DNA of 64,000 nt from NCBI RefSeq assembly GCF_018977255.1, contig NW_024704742.1, forward strand, positions 99,636,001-99,700,000, read 5' to 3'. Source of the DNA: Callorhinchus milii. Lineage: Eukaryota. The notes under the pieces are model-generated. The model was not told the origin of the DNA, made no database searches, and saw only the letters and a list, made by a program, of their open reading frames with translations. Positions 50,190 to 63,047 of the stretch are shown in pieces. Every line of letters begins with the position of its first letter. Position 1 is the first letter of the stretch. A program made the translations under genes and the position numbers.

Positions 50190-50460
50190 TAAAGGGTATA
50201 AATTCAGGTTTGTCACCAGAGGGAAAAAGAGGGAGGTTACAAGAATGTTTTTTTGTTAGAATGTGGAATGTCTTACGACAGATGTCCATTGAAGACGTGT
50301 CCATAACACTTTCAAGGGAACTGGATAAATACTTGAAGAAAATGAATATTAAAGGGAAAGAGCAAGGTCCCGGGATTAGAGTAATAGCTCCTGTGGGGGA
50401 GCTAGCACCAGAACAGACACATCTGTGCTGTATACATTCCACAATTCTATGATTCTACGT
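50190..50460 (+). mobile_element. CR1 3' end
   Basis: FFVRMWNVL...TLSRELDKYL peptide and an ATTCTATGATTCTA terminal repeat typical of CR1. Confidence 0.75.
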
Positions 50461-50817
50461 CATGTTTGTGGTTTACAAATTGAACAACAGATAATTAAAA
50501 TTAATCATAGAAGTGTATAAAGGCCACTTTTTTTGTGTGTGTGTGCCCAGTAAGCTTAAAGTCAAAACTCACTCTTCAAACAATTATCTGACCACCTGCT
50601 GTAATGCTGAACACAGCAAATAGTTTCCCCTGATGTTGTTTTGTGAGAAGAGGCCATTAATGGTTCAGGGTTCAGTGTATTGCAAAGGCGAGGGGGCTGT
50701 ATGTAGAAATGCTACTTTCACAGGGGTATCAAAAAACAGGGAGGGAAAAGACATTTTCTAATTGAATCCATAGGTTTGTATTCTTAATGGGATAGAAGTA
50801 AATGTCTCTTAATTTTA

Positions 50818-51115
50818 ATAATAATAATCCTTGCATTTAATACAGGGTCTTTCATGTCAGGAAGACATCTCAAAGCACTTCGCAGGATTTACAGTGAAGC
50901 GTGCTAACTGTGTATTTTGTCAAAATGTGACAGCTAATTTGCATACAGCAATGTCCCACGAACAGCCTTGAAATGAATAACCAATTTTATCTGGGGGATT
51001 GTTGGCCTGGCAAACTGACAGCCAACTCCCTTTTCTTTTTGAATAGTACCACGGAATCTTTAACGTCCACCTGAACAGACAGACGGGACCTCGGTTTAAT
51101 GTCTCAGCCGAAGGA
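50818..51115 (-). mobile_element. DeuSINE core and tail
   Basis: Reverse of TAAACCGAGGTCCCGTCTGTCTGTTCAGGTGGACGTTAAAGATTCCG, plus the tail. Confidence 0.85.
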
Positions 51116-51823
51116 CAAATGGAAAGACAGGTTTAACTAAGCAAGGTTAATGTCACTTTTTATACGGACGTCCTTGACAGCAGAGTGCTCAGTTAACCAA
51201 AACAGATATCAAGCAGTTGTCTCACAACAATTAAGTAGCAGTGACACCATGATCATTTTAAGGCAACGCAGTGGAATCAGTGATTCAAATGGGATGTATA
51301 ATTTACAGCTTCGAAATTGGTGGTGTCATACCCATTTCACAAGGTAATTACCCCATCATTATTTTCTCATCCCAAATTAATTATTTGTGTTGTACGCTAT
51401 TGTAATATGTATCTTTTTACCACTGCCTACTGTCAGAATATTTTTTTAAAAAATCTGGTGACATAGTAAAAAAAACAACGATTCTACATCTAGTGCACTG
51501 TATCATTAATCAGTTATCCTGAAATCAGCCAGTTCCACCTGACAGGTCAGGTTAGCCTGCTTTCCTGACCTCAGGGCTCAAGTGCAAAGGCAAGTAGTGA
51601 TGTCCCGTCTGTCTTAGTGACTGCTTCATTAAGAGAATTGTCAATCACTTGTTCAGCCAGTGATGATGACAAGCAGGTTCGGCAGCTGGCAACGCGATAA
51701 TACCTTATTTGAGTGTTGGTTCCTTTTCCCAGCAGTTGACCCTTGCAACTTAAACAAAATAACTGGGGATTCAGCTCAAATAGAGGCTGGGATGGAATAT
51801 GGCTGCAGAAGTTATTGGAAGAT

Positions 51824-52090
51824 TGGAGTCCTCTAGAGCAGTAGTTACTACACGCCTGGCAAGCGAGAAGACCCGGATTCAATTCCTGGTGGGGCGAAAC
51901 CTTAGACAAGTTTCCTTACTCCACACTCCTCTGTTTAGCAGTAAGAAGGAACCTGGTTATTAGTCGATTGGCAGATGGCTTTCCAGGGTTAATAATCCCT
52001 TCAAAGAATAAATAAATAGTTCACTCAGTCCATGACTGTTTATGGAACACTGTTGTGTGCAATTGGCTGCCGTGTTTCGCTCACAAAATG
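51824..52090 (+). mobile_element. tRNA-Ala SINE, long subfamily, lacking its tail
   Basis: GGAGTCCTCTAG...GGGCGAAACCTT...CTCTGTTTAGCAGTAAGAAGGAACC... Confidence 0.85.
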
Positions 52091-53832
52091 TTGGCATAAA
52101 AAAGTGAATGTAGATTCTTTCCCCCACTCTTCCCAGTTGATAAAGGCAATGCCCAGTGAGGGGCTAAATCACACAAATTGATAGTGAGTGGAACGAGTAC
52201 CCTAAACACACCAAGAATGTTTCAATATAAAACATGTGGCTGCACTACACTTGACTCTCAAATACTGCATACTGCAACCAACGCCCAACATAAACCAATA
52301 ATTGTTGCTTTTGATATAGAGCCTATAATGTTGAAATATGTCAAAGCACTTCACAAGTAATTGCTGTTAGGCACAATGATTGTATTCTGAGGGCAAACTG
52401 ACAGCCAACTTGCTCACGACAAGGTCCCACTCAAAGAGGCATAACTTTAGTAAAGTCTATTTGGTGGGGAGCTGCTAACCTAAATTAACATGCAAGTACA
52501 TGCAGCTCAGGTGTGAACAACATGTAATTTTGTCGTTATTCATTACAAATACAGCAGCACAGAAATTGTCTCCACTGTTGATTCAATCCTTTCTCATTGC
52601 TTTTGCAACATTTGCAAAGCTCTCTCTGTTATTGCACAATCCTCCGCCATAACAAGACTCTTTGTTCTAGTTCCACCTCTGTTATAAGACTGCTGAACCT
52701 TGACGCCTAACTTTTCCCAGCTGCTGCCCTATGTTAGGGGCTGTTCGCCGTAATAGACACCTTGTTGATCATGTGAAGTGCTTAAATCCCAAGGACCGAT
52801 TGTAGCGGAGGCAGAATGTGCCTCCTGCCAGGTTACATCTGTTTTATTTATCCGACCGGCTTTTTTTAAAATTTCATTTGTAATATTTTTAATTCATTGT
52901 TTATAAACTCACTTGAAATCTGATGGACAAATTGAGCATGATAAATAGTAAGTAAGGTTCTTTTGCCTTTTGCATTGGTTCTGTACCTTTTTCTTAGCAC
53001 AGCCACATTTTACGATTCAAAAATTGCTATTCTGAATCAAACAGCAGTGCAAAACGGTACTGGACAAACTTCCAACCTTATTGTTCCGGCCAACAATCCC
53101 AGCTTAATAGGTCATTCACTTTATGGCTCTAGGTGGGAACTTGTTGAGTGTAAAATGGCTGTCACATTTGATTACTAAAAAAAGAATTGACAGAATTAAT
53201 TGGCCTCAGAGACTTCCGGTGTAAAAGATGCTATCACAATGTAAATTCTTTCTTCTTAAATATTACTAGAATTAGAGTGTCCTACCTTCACAGGAGTATA
53301 CAATAAAACAGTTCATACAATGGTTAAAAAGTACCCACAGCACCACCCAGATACAAGAAATGTGCTTTATGAAATGTGCATGTGCACTGTGGAGTTTGTA
53401 CCTGGAAAATACACAGTGAGTGCAATGGACTGTATTATGAATGGTTGTTTACTCAGGGAGGCTAGCAGTGTTATTGCTTGTCCTTCTGGGACAGCTGCTC
53501 CATGGAGAACTGAGGTTCTCTGCCATGCTAATTTCTCCTGCCTCAGTGAAAGGATGACAAGGTGTGCAAACATCTCCATAGTGAACAAGGGCCGAGTAAT
53601 TAATTTGCCGAGGATCCTGGACCTGAGCTGGCCTAATGCCTTGTAATCGTTTATCACAGATTGGTGCAGATGTTTGTGTTCAGTTGTTGAATGGTTTCTG
53701 TAAAGTTTTTAGATTACATTCTTTGCATAGGAATATTGCACAATAAAATCACGTTCATTCATTTTTTTCTTCACTAAATGTTGAAAAAAATTACGTTCGC
53801 CCTTCCTCTCCTGAGATGCTGATTTCCATGGT

Positions 53833-53964
53833 TGTCATTGGTAACATGCCCAATGGATATCATTGGTAATATGCCCAATGAGTGTCATCAGTAACTTGCC
53901 TGGTGAGTGTCATCATCAGTAACATGTCTGGTGGGTGTCATTGGTAACTTGTCTGCTAGGTGTC
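53833..53964. repeat. Minisatellite of 5 diverged ~25-bp units (TGTCATTGGTAACATGCCCAATG[AG]N-like)
   Basis: Units start at 53833, 53858, 53883, 53908 and 53936. Confidence 0.85.
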
Positions 53965-54759
53965 TTCTGTAATTTACCAAGGGGCCATTGTTTTTGCTTC
54001 TCTTTCTGGGAAGCTGCTGCATGGAGTCATTGAAGTGCTCTGATTTATTGATTTCCCTTCTAATTCCTCCAACCAAATTCCGCTTCATCTCCTCTGCTCT
54101 TCCAACCCTGATTCATTGCTTGTTCCACAATCTCTCCATCTCACTATTGTTTGCTGAGCCTTTAACCGCTTTGTCCTTGCTCTCCAGAACTCTCTCTAAA
54201 AACTCTAAAAACTGAGGGGGAGCTTCAGACAGCTCTGTGGAGCAATATTAACCACCATTTATGCTTAATAAACTAAGCGATGAACATTTCTTTGAAATGA
54301 AAAAAGTAAATGAGATTCAGGATCAGTCTGCTAAGGTAATAATGGAGGCCACAAATATACAAATTGTTCATTAGAGCTCAAAATTCAAACAAGACTGCAA
54401 AATGAGAGCAATGTCATGGGTTCTACGATCCGCTGTATCCATACTGATTAATATAATTATTACAACTTCCTTTCCAATTAAACATGAATAGTTATGATCT
54501 CAGCATATTAAACCCATTATATTGAACCTAATTATTAGTATTTTCTAGATACCCTCCCCATATATTAAAATTTTAATTAGTACCAATGCAGTCTTCATAA
54601 TAAGAGCTAATCCTTAACAAAAGAAAATCCAAATTTCTCTCTATTTGCGTGTGGATATATTAATAGCAAAGGCTGACTAAACTGTTTATTTGCCATGCTC
54701 CTCTAGCTCCCTGTTGCAGAACAAAATCTTCACTCGTGCTTTCAAATCATCTCATACCC

Positions 54760-55475
54760 TGGCTCCTCCCTAACTCTCCAACCTGCTCAAACCACTACAC
54801 TATCTTGCGCCTTCACTCAGCTGGCTTGGGTCTTCTACATCTCAAGGTCCTCCACGGCCTTGCTCCTTCCTACCTCTGTGACCAGCTAATTCCATATCAA
54901 CATGTCCACTCCCTCCACTCAGCAGGCTCCGGCCCTATACGCCTGCCCCACCATCAGCAGTCGGGCCGTCAGCCTCTCTGCCCTCACCCTTTGAAACCCC
55001 ATCTCACAGTACCTTTGCTTTTCTCCCTCCCTTGCCTCCTTCAAGCCACATCTCAAGACCCTCCTCTTCAACTGCACCTTCAGCCACCCTCCTACTCCGA
55101 CCCTCCCAGTCCTCCACTTCTCCTGATCCCAAACCCTGCTCAGATCTAAATCCTTAACTGTCCAACGCCTTGGGATGTCCTCCTGATGTGAAAGGCATTA
55201 TACAAAAGTAATTTGTTGTTGTTTTTCCCTCCATTCCACCATTGTTGTCCTTGCATTCAGCAGCAATGACTGAATCCTGGAACTCCTTGCCCCAATCCCT
55301 CTGTCTTGCCTTGCCTTTACCCGTTTTGAAATCACACCTGGAGACTTTCTTCCTCAACTGTGCCTTCACTCACACCCATTCCCCATTTTGGCTTGGCTTC
55401 AAATTACAGCTCTGTTAAGCACTGCAAGATGCTATTCACATGAAGCTCACTTTATAAATGCAAGCTGTTATATTA
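54760..55475 (+). mobile_element. Two tandem L2 3' ends (54760-55222 and 55230-55472)
   Basis: KVLHGLAPSYLCD peptide and two separate L2 tails. Confidence 0.8.
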
Positions 55476-56309
55476 GGCGTCAACTTGTCTTTACTCCTCA
55501 TGAATCTCATTCAATGTAACTAGTAGAAAATGCTAATAGCTGTGCTATTTGTTCCATGATCAACTTATTTTGGCACATATTAATGACGGTTATGTTAAAT
55601 TTTTGATTGTTTTTGCAGAATGTTCTTTTTTGTTAAAATAGCAATGAATTCTCAGTTCATCAAGGTGAGAAACTTTGCCTGGGAAGTGTAGAATCAGTCA
55701 CACTGGGATAGATAGATTTACTTGCATAAATTGATGCAGAGTAAATCTTCCTCTAGACTGCCTCAACAATGGGGGTCACAACTGAATTGATTCCAAACAG
55801 GATTCCTTAAGAATGACTCCAAATCACAAATGGGTCTTTTTCTGATTTACATCATCCCAACCTGCAGGAACTCCACTTTGGCAGTAGACTGTATCGGAGT
55901 GGCGTTGCTGTGACTTTTCTTGATATATCCCAACCTCAGGAGTATAGACCCTACTGTATCTGTATGCTATTTTCCATTTCCTACACCAGCCGTCCTGTCA
56001 CTCTTTTAGAGTGAAATTGCCAATTTAGTGCTGAATTAAGTTCATCCCACTAGGACCTGGATTGACTCGCCAAATGCAATTCACATTGAACTCTTGCAGC
56101 TAACATTCAGGGGAGCAGTACGTGCAGTTTATTTTCCTGCCAATTTTTCCATAAATACATAGTTACTCCACTCCATGCCACAATAAAACAATTCAGTGAA
56201 GAGCTTTGAGATATTTGATTCCATTCTCGTTCTATGGTGGTACCTACCCACAGGTGCCAGGAACCCGATGGTACTGTACTGTGTATTATCCTTCACAGCA
56301 AGTTATTCA

Positions 56310-56525
56310 ATCGTGGAGTGGAGCCAAGCCTGATCTTATCTTCACCCAACATTTACACCAATGCACCCTCCAACGGTAGCTTTTGGATTGTGACCAAGAA
56401 TGCAAAGTCTCACTGATTTTCTCTACCTAAGCCAAGAACACTGGAGTTAATAGCAACACCCCCACCCTAAGGCAGCTAACTCAATACAGACTTTGAACTT
56501 GTCTGTCTTTATGATGCACTTGACT
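56310..56525 (-). mobile_element. Family C ancient SINE fragment
   Basis: GCCAAGCCTGATCTTATCTTCACCCAACAT...CTGATTTTCTC...CAGCTAACTCA, related to 17815. Confidence 0.45.
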
Positions 56526-56695
56526 AAGGCAATGGAGATCTACACGTATATACTTTATACAAGTTTCCGGTGACAGTTGTTTGTACATTTAATTATTCTT
56601 GTGGAACATTATCTTACAGTCACACAGTGGGGTTGGTATTTATTGTGCACATTTGCTCCCGCCCATGGGTTTCTGTGTCCCAATTTCAAAATTAC

Positions 56696-57049
56696 CAGGG
56701 TGTTCACAAAGTCCTGTTACATTCATGTGTTTTTTTTCTACAGTGCACTGACCAACAACTGAAACATGTGGAAGAATGATGATAATTGTATTGTGAAGTA
56801 CTTCATTGTGTTCAGTACAAGTGTTTAACTGTATTTAGACGTCAGAGGATTGGTGTGAGCGCCCATCATTTTCATAGCCGATAATGATATGTCGCCATGT
56901 TCGGTGCAACATCTTCCGTAACACGGATGGAGTGATGAGGAAGTTACTGGGATCAGACATTGTTACACTCAACTCATCTGCAAATAAATAAAATAAAAAT
57001 TCATTGTAAGAAAAAAAACAGGGGATAATAGGACTTTGTGAACATCGTG
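56696..57049 (-). mobile_element. Tc1/mariner-type deletion derivative with 24-bp terminal inverted repeats and a transposase C-terminal remnant
   Basis: Inverted repeats CAGGGTGTTCACAAAGTCCTGTTA (56696-56719) and TAATAGGACTTTGTGAACATCGTG (57026-57049) match at 21/24. TA lies directly at the right flank and one base off at the left. Minus-strand peptide DEL...ITPSVLRKMLHRTWRHIIIGYENDG. Confidence 0.8.
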
Positions 57050-57319
57050 TACTTGAAATCCTTGTGTTTTAGTAATTGAAAGCAGTTTAAAAGGGACAGT
57101 TAAAATGACTTCTCTCTGATTAGATTAGATTCTGTTGAAGTATTAAAGTGTACTGTTTTTTGTGAAGACTTTTAATGTTTCAGAGAGGAATTTAAGGAAA
57201 TTGGGTTTAATTGGTATTAAGCACAGGTTGTGTAGGTGTGAGTCTCCAAGGAGGTAAAATCCACCCTCATTAAATCCCAATAACACAGTCTCTGTTAGAC
57301 GAGCATTTCACCTTTTTAA

Positions 57320-57875
57320 TGAGGTTTGTGCTGCACAAATACTCTATAATGGGGTCTAATATGCAGCAATCGCAAATTACCAGCCATAAGATCCAGCTGA
57401 TGCAAAACTCTGCCTGCAACCTCACCTACTCCGAACTGCACCTGCCCATCATCCCAGTCCTCACCAGGCTTCATAGAATATAAATATAATATATAATATA
57501 ATATATATCCTGTCTCCCAATGGATAGACTCCAAGGTACTATAAATCTGTCATACATTAGCACCTCCCTATGTCTGTGATCTTCTCCTACCCCGCTTCTG
57601 CTTGTCCCTCTGCTCAGTTCTAGGTATTCCCTACCTCCCTGTGTGCCACCATCAGTGACAGAGCCTTCAGCACTATGCCCCTAACCTGCGGAACTCCCTT
57701 TCTTTCCCTCTATGTCTGCCTAAAACTTACTTTTTTTACTATATCTAAAGTCACCTCCTCCTTCCACCCTCCTCCTTTCTCCTCCTCCCTTGCATTGGGT
57801 CCATCACCATCTTTTTGAAGTTCTCCAAGATGTTATCCTACACGAAGGGGCACTCTATGAACGTAAGTTGTTGTA
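57320..57875 (+). mobile_element. L2 3' fragment interrupted by (AATAT)n at about 57477-57507
   Basis: HKIQLMQNSA peptide, RAFSTMP-like segment and an L2 tail. Confidence 0.8.
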
Positions 57876-58772
57876 TTTCTGTGCAAATAAATTGTAATAA
57901 ATAATAATCTTCCATTTGATATAATGTCTTTCACTTCAGGAGAATGTCTTGAAGCTTTTGATAAGTTATACCTTGTAGTGACTGTGTATATTACAGCCAA
58001 ATGCTGCATATATTGGACTGCATATGTTGGACCTCATTAGAACATCAAACCCAATCTAAAACCTCAGGGGGCAAAGTCCAATAATCTTATAAATTGGAAT
58101 TTATTGAAAGACCGCAGAGTGAGAATGAACGTACAGCCTTTTTGTAAGAAAATCTTAATTCAGCAGATTAAATATTGCCATTATCTTATTCAATGGGTCA
58201 TGTGAAGAGTCTTTAGGAGACACACAGCAATGGAGTTTAAGCAAGCCTGCTTAAACCAAGTTGCTTCTTTGAAAATGCAATGAACTATTTCAATACTATT
58301 TTTCCATGTGATAGTGATAAATGTTATTCAATATAAAGAGTGAAACCATATGTTTTTCATTTGATCTAAATGGTGTCATATTCACCATTGATTAGCTCTG
58401 TAGGAAATATATTTCTTTGCATAAACGTCTCTGACAGAGCGAGCAGCTGCGAGAGTATTTTTAAAGGGAAATGACCCTTAATTAAACTCATTCATTCCCA
58501 AGGGGATATGGCTCAGCCTCACCATAACGACCACAGATAAATATGACCCTGTTGTAGGTAATGTCATTACACCTTCATTATTGCCTTACCATTCATTTCA
58601 ATTACAGCCTGGAGAGTTACTGCACGTATGCGCCTTACTGCGCTATGTAGTAGTGTAATTCAGGGGTGACAGAGGATTGTATGGGACTGATCCCATGTTG
58701 TTGTGGTTGCAAAATAAGACAAATTGAATGGGGTTGTTGTGTAATATTTAGATAATGCATTGCGCTCGTCTT

Positions 58773-59120
58773 GTCAGCTTGGTTCAGATGGTAGCACTTC
58801 TCACTTCTGGACCAGAACGTTGTAAGCTCAAACTTCACATCAGGACTAAGCTCTTAGTCTAGGCTGACACTCCATTGTAATACTTGGGAGAGCGTTGTGT
58901 CGGCAGTGCAGTCTTTTGGATGAGACATCAAAAACAAGATCCCTTCTGCCTGTTTAGTGTTAACAATAAACAATCTTTATTCAAAAAGAGAAAGGAGTTT
59001 TGCCTTGTGTTCTGGCCAACAGCCCCCCAAATAAACTGATCATTCACTTCATTGTTGCTTATGGGACTTGCAAAATGCAGTCACTTGAAAGTATCTGTGA
59101 AATGTGATTATAAGTTTCTT
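58773..59120 (+). mobile_element. DeuSINE, degraded, near full length
   Basis: TCAGCTTGGTTCAGATGGTAGCAC head, CTAGGCTGACACTCC, and the Deu core. Confidence 0.75.
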
Positions 59121-59969
59121 TTTGCAATTTATTTAAATCCCGACTTTTTTCTGTTCTGTAAAAATATATTTCTAATAACGTTTTACGACTGTGCCAAGAC
59201 TGGTGTCATCACACTGTTAATATGTTGATGTTAGAGGTTCGCACATGTGTCGAAATTATCCAGTCGAGTTGTTTTAGTCCAGATCCTTTTCATTGTGAAG
59301 TCAGATCTCCTCTTTGAGAGATGATGGGAGATGGTTTTCTCCAATTCGATTACGTGACTCCTGTCCATTTTATATTAGGCATTGGCTCCAGAGGCAAGGC
59401 TTGCCTTGGGGTGCAAACTCATGATGTAAATGCTGCAACAAAGAAACTCAAGCCAACTCATTTGACATAACTGAAACAGCCTGGTAAAATGATCCATATG
59501 GAATTAGTTTACTCTCCTCACTTCAATTGACTTCAAAGAGAAGGGGAAAGAAATGAGTGAGCAATAAAGAGACTTGCATTTCGGCATGTTTGATGGAAAT
59601 GAAGAAATGCAAGCAATGTCTCTGAGGATCATTGCTTGTTGCAGACACAGTCAATAATAACCAGCTGTAGAATCAATAAGGAAAAGAAAAGGAAAATTAC
59701 TGTTCACCTAAAAATCTGGATGTGAGAGTAGTATATCTGTGATTTGAACTGTGTGGACTTCTGTTAGAGAAGGTACTGTTGCTTTTAGTGGAAGGAAATT
59801 CTTTATGTGCAAGGTTCAATGTATGATCCCAAAGTGCTTTGAAAAAGTAGAAATGCAGTGTCTGAAACCTTTGTGTGACTGCTTAGTATTGCATGGTCTT
59901 TGTCTGCTATTGAATTGCAGTCAGAAATGAGCAAGCATTGGTCGGCCTAATGTACGTGTCCGTAATATC

Positions 59970-60215
59970 ATAATAATCCTTGCATTTGATGTAAAGTTTT
60001 ATCATGTCGTTAAGATGTCGCAAGCCTCTTCACAGATTTTTTTTACTTTGAAGTGCAGTGACTGTATTTATAGGCAAATGTGGCAGTCAATTTGCACACA
60101 ACAATATCCTACAGCCATGAGCTGAGTAACCAATTTTATTTGGAGGATTATTGGCCAGACACAGGGAGAAATACCTTTCACTTTTCAAGTAATGCCATGG
60201 AATCTTTAACATCTG
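59970..60215 (-). mobile_element. DeuSINE 3' half
   Basis: Reverse tail and core (GCCATGGAATCTTTAACATC). Confidence 0.8.
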
Positions 60216-62944
60216 CCTATTATAATAATTTAAATTTTTTTTAATGACATTGCAAGCCTGCAATTCCTAAAATGGAACCACAGCGAAATCAACCTTGTTA
60301 TATCTCCTTATGGTTTTACCTGTGTTCCTCAGAAGATTGTGAGTCATGTCGATCTCATAATCGTTTTGTAGGTCCCATAAAGCGGCTTGATGGGCTGCCT
60401 TATTCCTTTAATTTCTTGTTGGACAAGTGGCCCTTCAAAGCCACAACTGTTAAGAAATCCAGTGTCATTGATCATTAGTATTTTAGCTGCAACCAGCATC
60501 ACCTACTATGGGCTGGAATCATATGAGTGTCAGTAGATAAAGCCGTTCCTGTTGAAAGACCTTTGCAAATAGGAGATGATACTAATACATTAGAACTGAG
60601 CTGTACTTCAAAGAAAGGTACATTCCATCTTCCAAACCAGCAGGGTTTTTGATACTTAGCTGCCAAAAACACACTGTGTGGTACAAAATGGAAGAGGATC
60701 TTTCTCTGTACATTTCTTCTTTGTGTTCAAAGACATTCTCAACACTGACAAACCATCTTTAAGAAATAAGAAGAGAAAAATTCCACTTAGGCCTAGATTT
60801 ACATCATTTATGTAACATTTCAGAAGATGTGAAATTTGAAGCCAATATTATTTTAGTTCTTAAAAGAACGTACAGAAAACCAGGTTAAAATTAAACCTTA
60901 TTTAAGAACTTTCCAACTTATGGACTCTCTGAATTGTAACTTAAATAGAATAAACCTAGCCCCTTGTGGAATTTTTATCCCAAGGTGTTGAAAGTTTTGT
61001 CTTCATTTGTCTTTCAAAAGTCAGAAGGTCACCAATTATCCTAACACCCTCAGCCATTGGGAGAACAAGCTTAATGTATTAGATAATCAGATTAATATAG
61101 TTTGGTGTATATTGCAAGGATAAAAATCAGGCATTATGATTCCATATAATGGTCATTTAAACAAAGAAGAAGAATCTATTTCATGCCCCTTTGGGACACA
61201 GCTGCTGAATACTATATCATTGCTAAGCAAGAACAGTAATGGGATGTAGAGGAAGAAGACTTGGAGGAGGAGAAAACGTTTCAATGGGGAAATAACTTTA
61301 ACTTAAACAGTGCAATGTAATATTATTGAGCTACTCTAGCTACAAATAACATCGCTAGCTTGTTGTGGATGTTGAGTTTTGAAGTTTGACTTTGGGGAGG
61401 AAATCACTGCTCATAAAGTATATGCAATGTTCAGAAACATTAATATATAAATGCTCTCCACATCCACATATTAACACCTCTAGGTATGTGCATCAGTCAA
61501 TACATATCCATGCTCCAAGGATGGAAAGGATATAGCTGCATGTGCTTGTGAGTACAGTAAATTCAAAATAGTATTGTTCTATCAGGTTTGCAACAAAAGT
61601 TGTTTAACAACATATCTATGTGTTAATAATTACTCTGCTAATTTCAGGTAGGTAATAGTTTTAACTCGCTCAGGCCCATTCCAATGTTTGATGATAGTAA
61701 ATCACTCTATTGTACCAATTTATTTATTTAAAGATTTCTGATTCTCTAAAAGGATACAGGGAAAGAGCAGGCAATTAAGGTTGGAGTGGTTATCTGCATC
61801 GAATGTAGTATCACCAGTTTAGACTCAATTAGTTGAATAGCCTTGTCCTGTTGCATGTTGCTTTAATGACTTAATTGGCAATTGGACATTGACAATGAGA
61901 AGCAAGCAAGTATAAAATAATTCTGGGACAGTGGCTGGGCAGATTGTGAAAGATTTAAATAAAGGAACTAGTGAATTTAAATTAACATACATTGCAGTTC
62001 TCTGCTAAAATGAACTAATGCTATTCTTTTGAACTGGAGCAAACCAGTTTTCAAATAAAGACTAAATTTAAGCATTTTTCAAGACTCTGCACAATCTTAA
62101 TTTTTAAGACACTACTCTCAAGACTAAGACCATGAGAAATGTTGAGGACAGAATAAGGCTTGGTTATAATGCCACTCTTGACCCAAATAACCTGATAACT
62201 ATGTAGACTTAAACATGAGGAATACCCAGTTGGAAGGCACTCTGGTGTCCAGGGAACTATACCGAAACTCCTTTAGGATACAACTAGAGTAAAATTCTAC
62301 TCGTGTGATTTTGATTCCTAGTCACTGAAGTGCGGTTGGTGGCATTTAAATTACCTTGATAATGGTTTGAATGTTAGATATGTCTTCTGATATTAAATGG
62401 ATATCCAATAAACTTTATCCTTACTCACCTACAGAGAAAATGTCAAAAGCTTGCCCTTAAAACTTGTAGAATTAGAAGGATAAAACACAGATTAGATTGC
62501 TCTGGACTAAAATTGTCATCCTGATACCCAATTGTCTTGGCCTTAGATAGTTGATCTTTCACATTGTAATGAATACCCATTTCATACATGGAATAAAACC
62601 CAATGCAGTGACTGACCTCATTAGATGTGCTGTGATGCTGCATTTTTACAATACATGCCTTTGAGCGGTGAGTAGGGATGAGTGAAGCCTGACCAACTCA
62701 GATGAAATTTGAAAGATTCACCACGCTCGTATTTTTACAATATCCTCTCCCACTAAATATATTTGCCGATTTTTTTAATGAAATTCCAACACAACTGATG
62801 ACTTGTGTCCAATGTTAGCAAACTGTTCTCAGTTGGATTCTTTTTTTTTGTCATATTAATCTAGATTTGCAGTTGAATTGGGGAGAGGGGGGGAGGATGT
62901 CTCCACCTCCACACAATAATGGATGATGTTTTTCATTCTTTCAT

Positions 62945-63032
62945 TCCTTCGGATGAGATGTTAAACTGAGGTCCCTAAGAGATTCCTGGCGCTATTCGAA
63001 AAGAGAAGGGAGTTTCAACCGGTGTCCTGCTC
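62945..63032 (+). mobile_element. DeuSINE core fragment (probably continues at about 63615-63815)
   Basis: CCTTCGGATGAGATGTTAAACTGAGGTCCC...CCGGTGTCCTG. Confidence 0.7.
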
Positions 63033-63047
63033 ATAAATATATATATA

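Noticed and set aside
53833..53964. CRISPR-like array
   Set aside because: The units are contiguous and diverged with no unique spacers, there are no cas genes, and the context is vertebrate.
59170..59365. CpG-retaining segment as a possible coding exon
   Set aside because: The minus-strand frames I translated give only short peptides with stops and no recognisable similarity.
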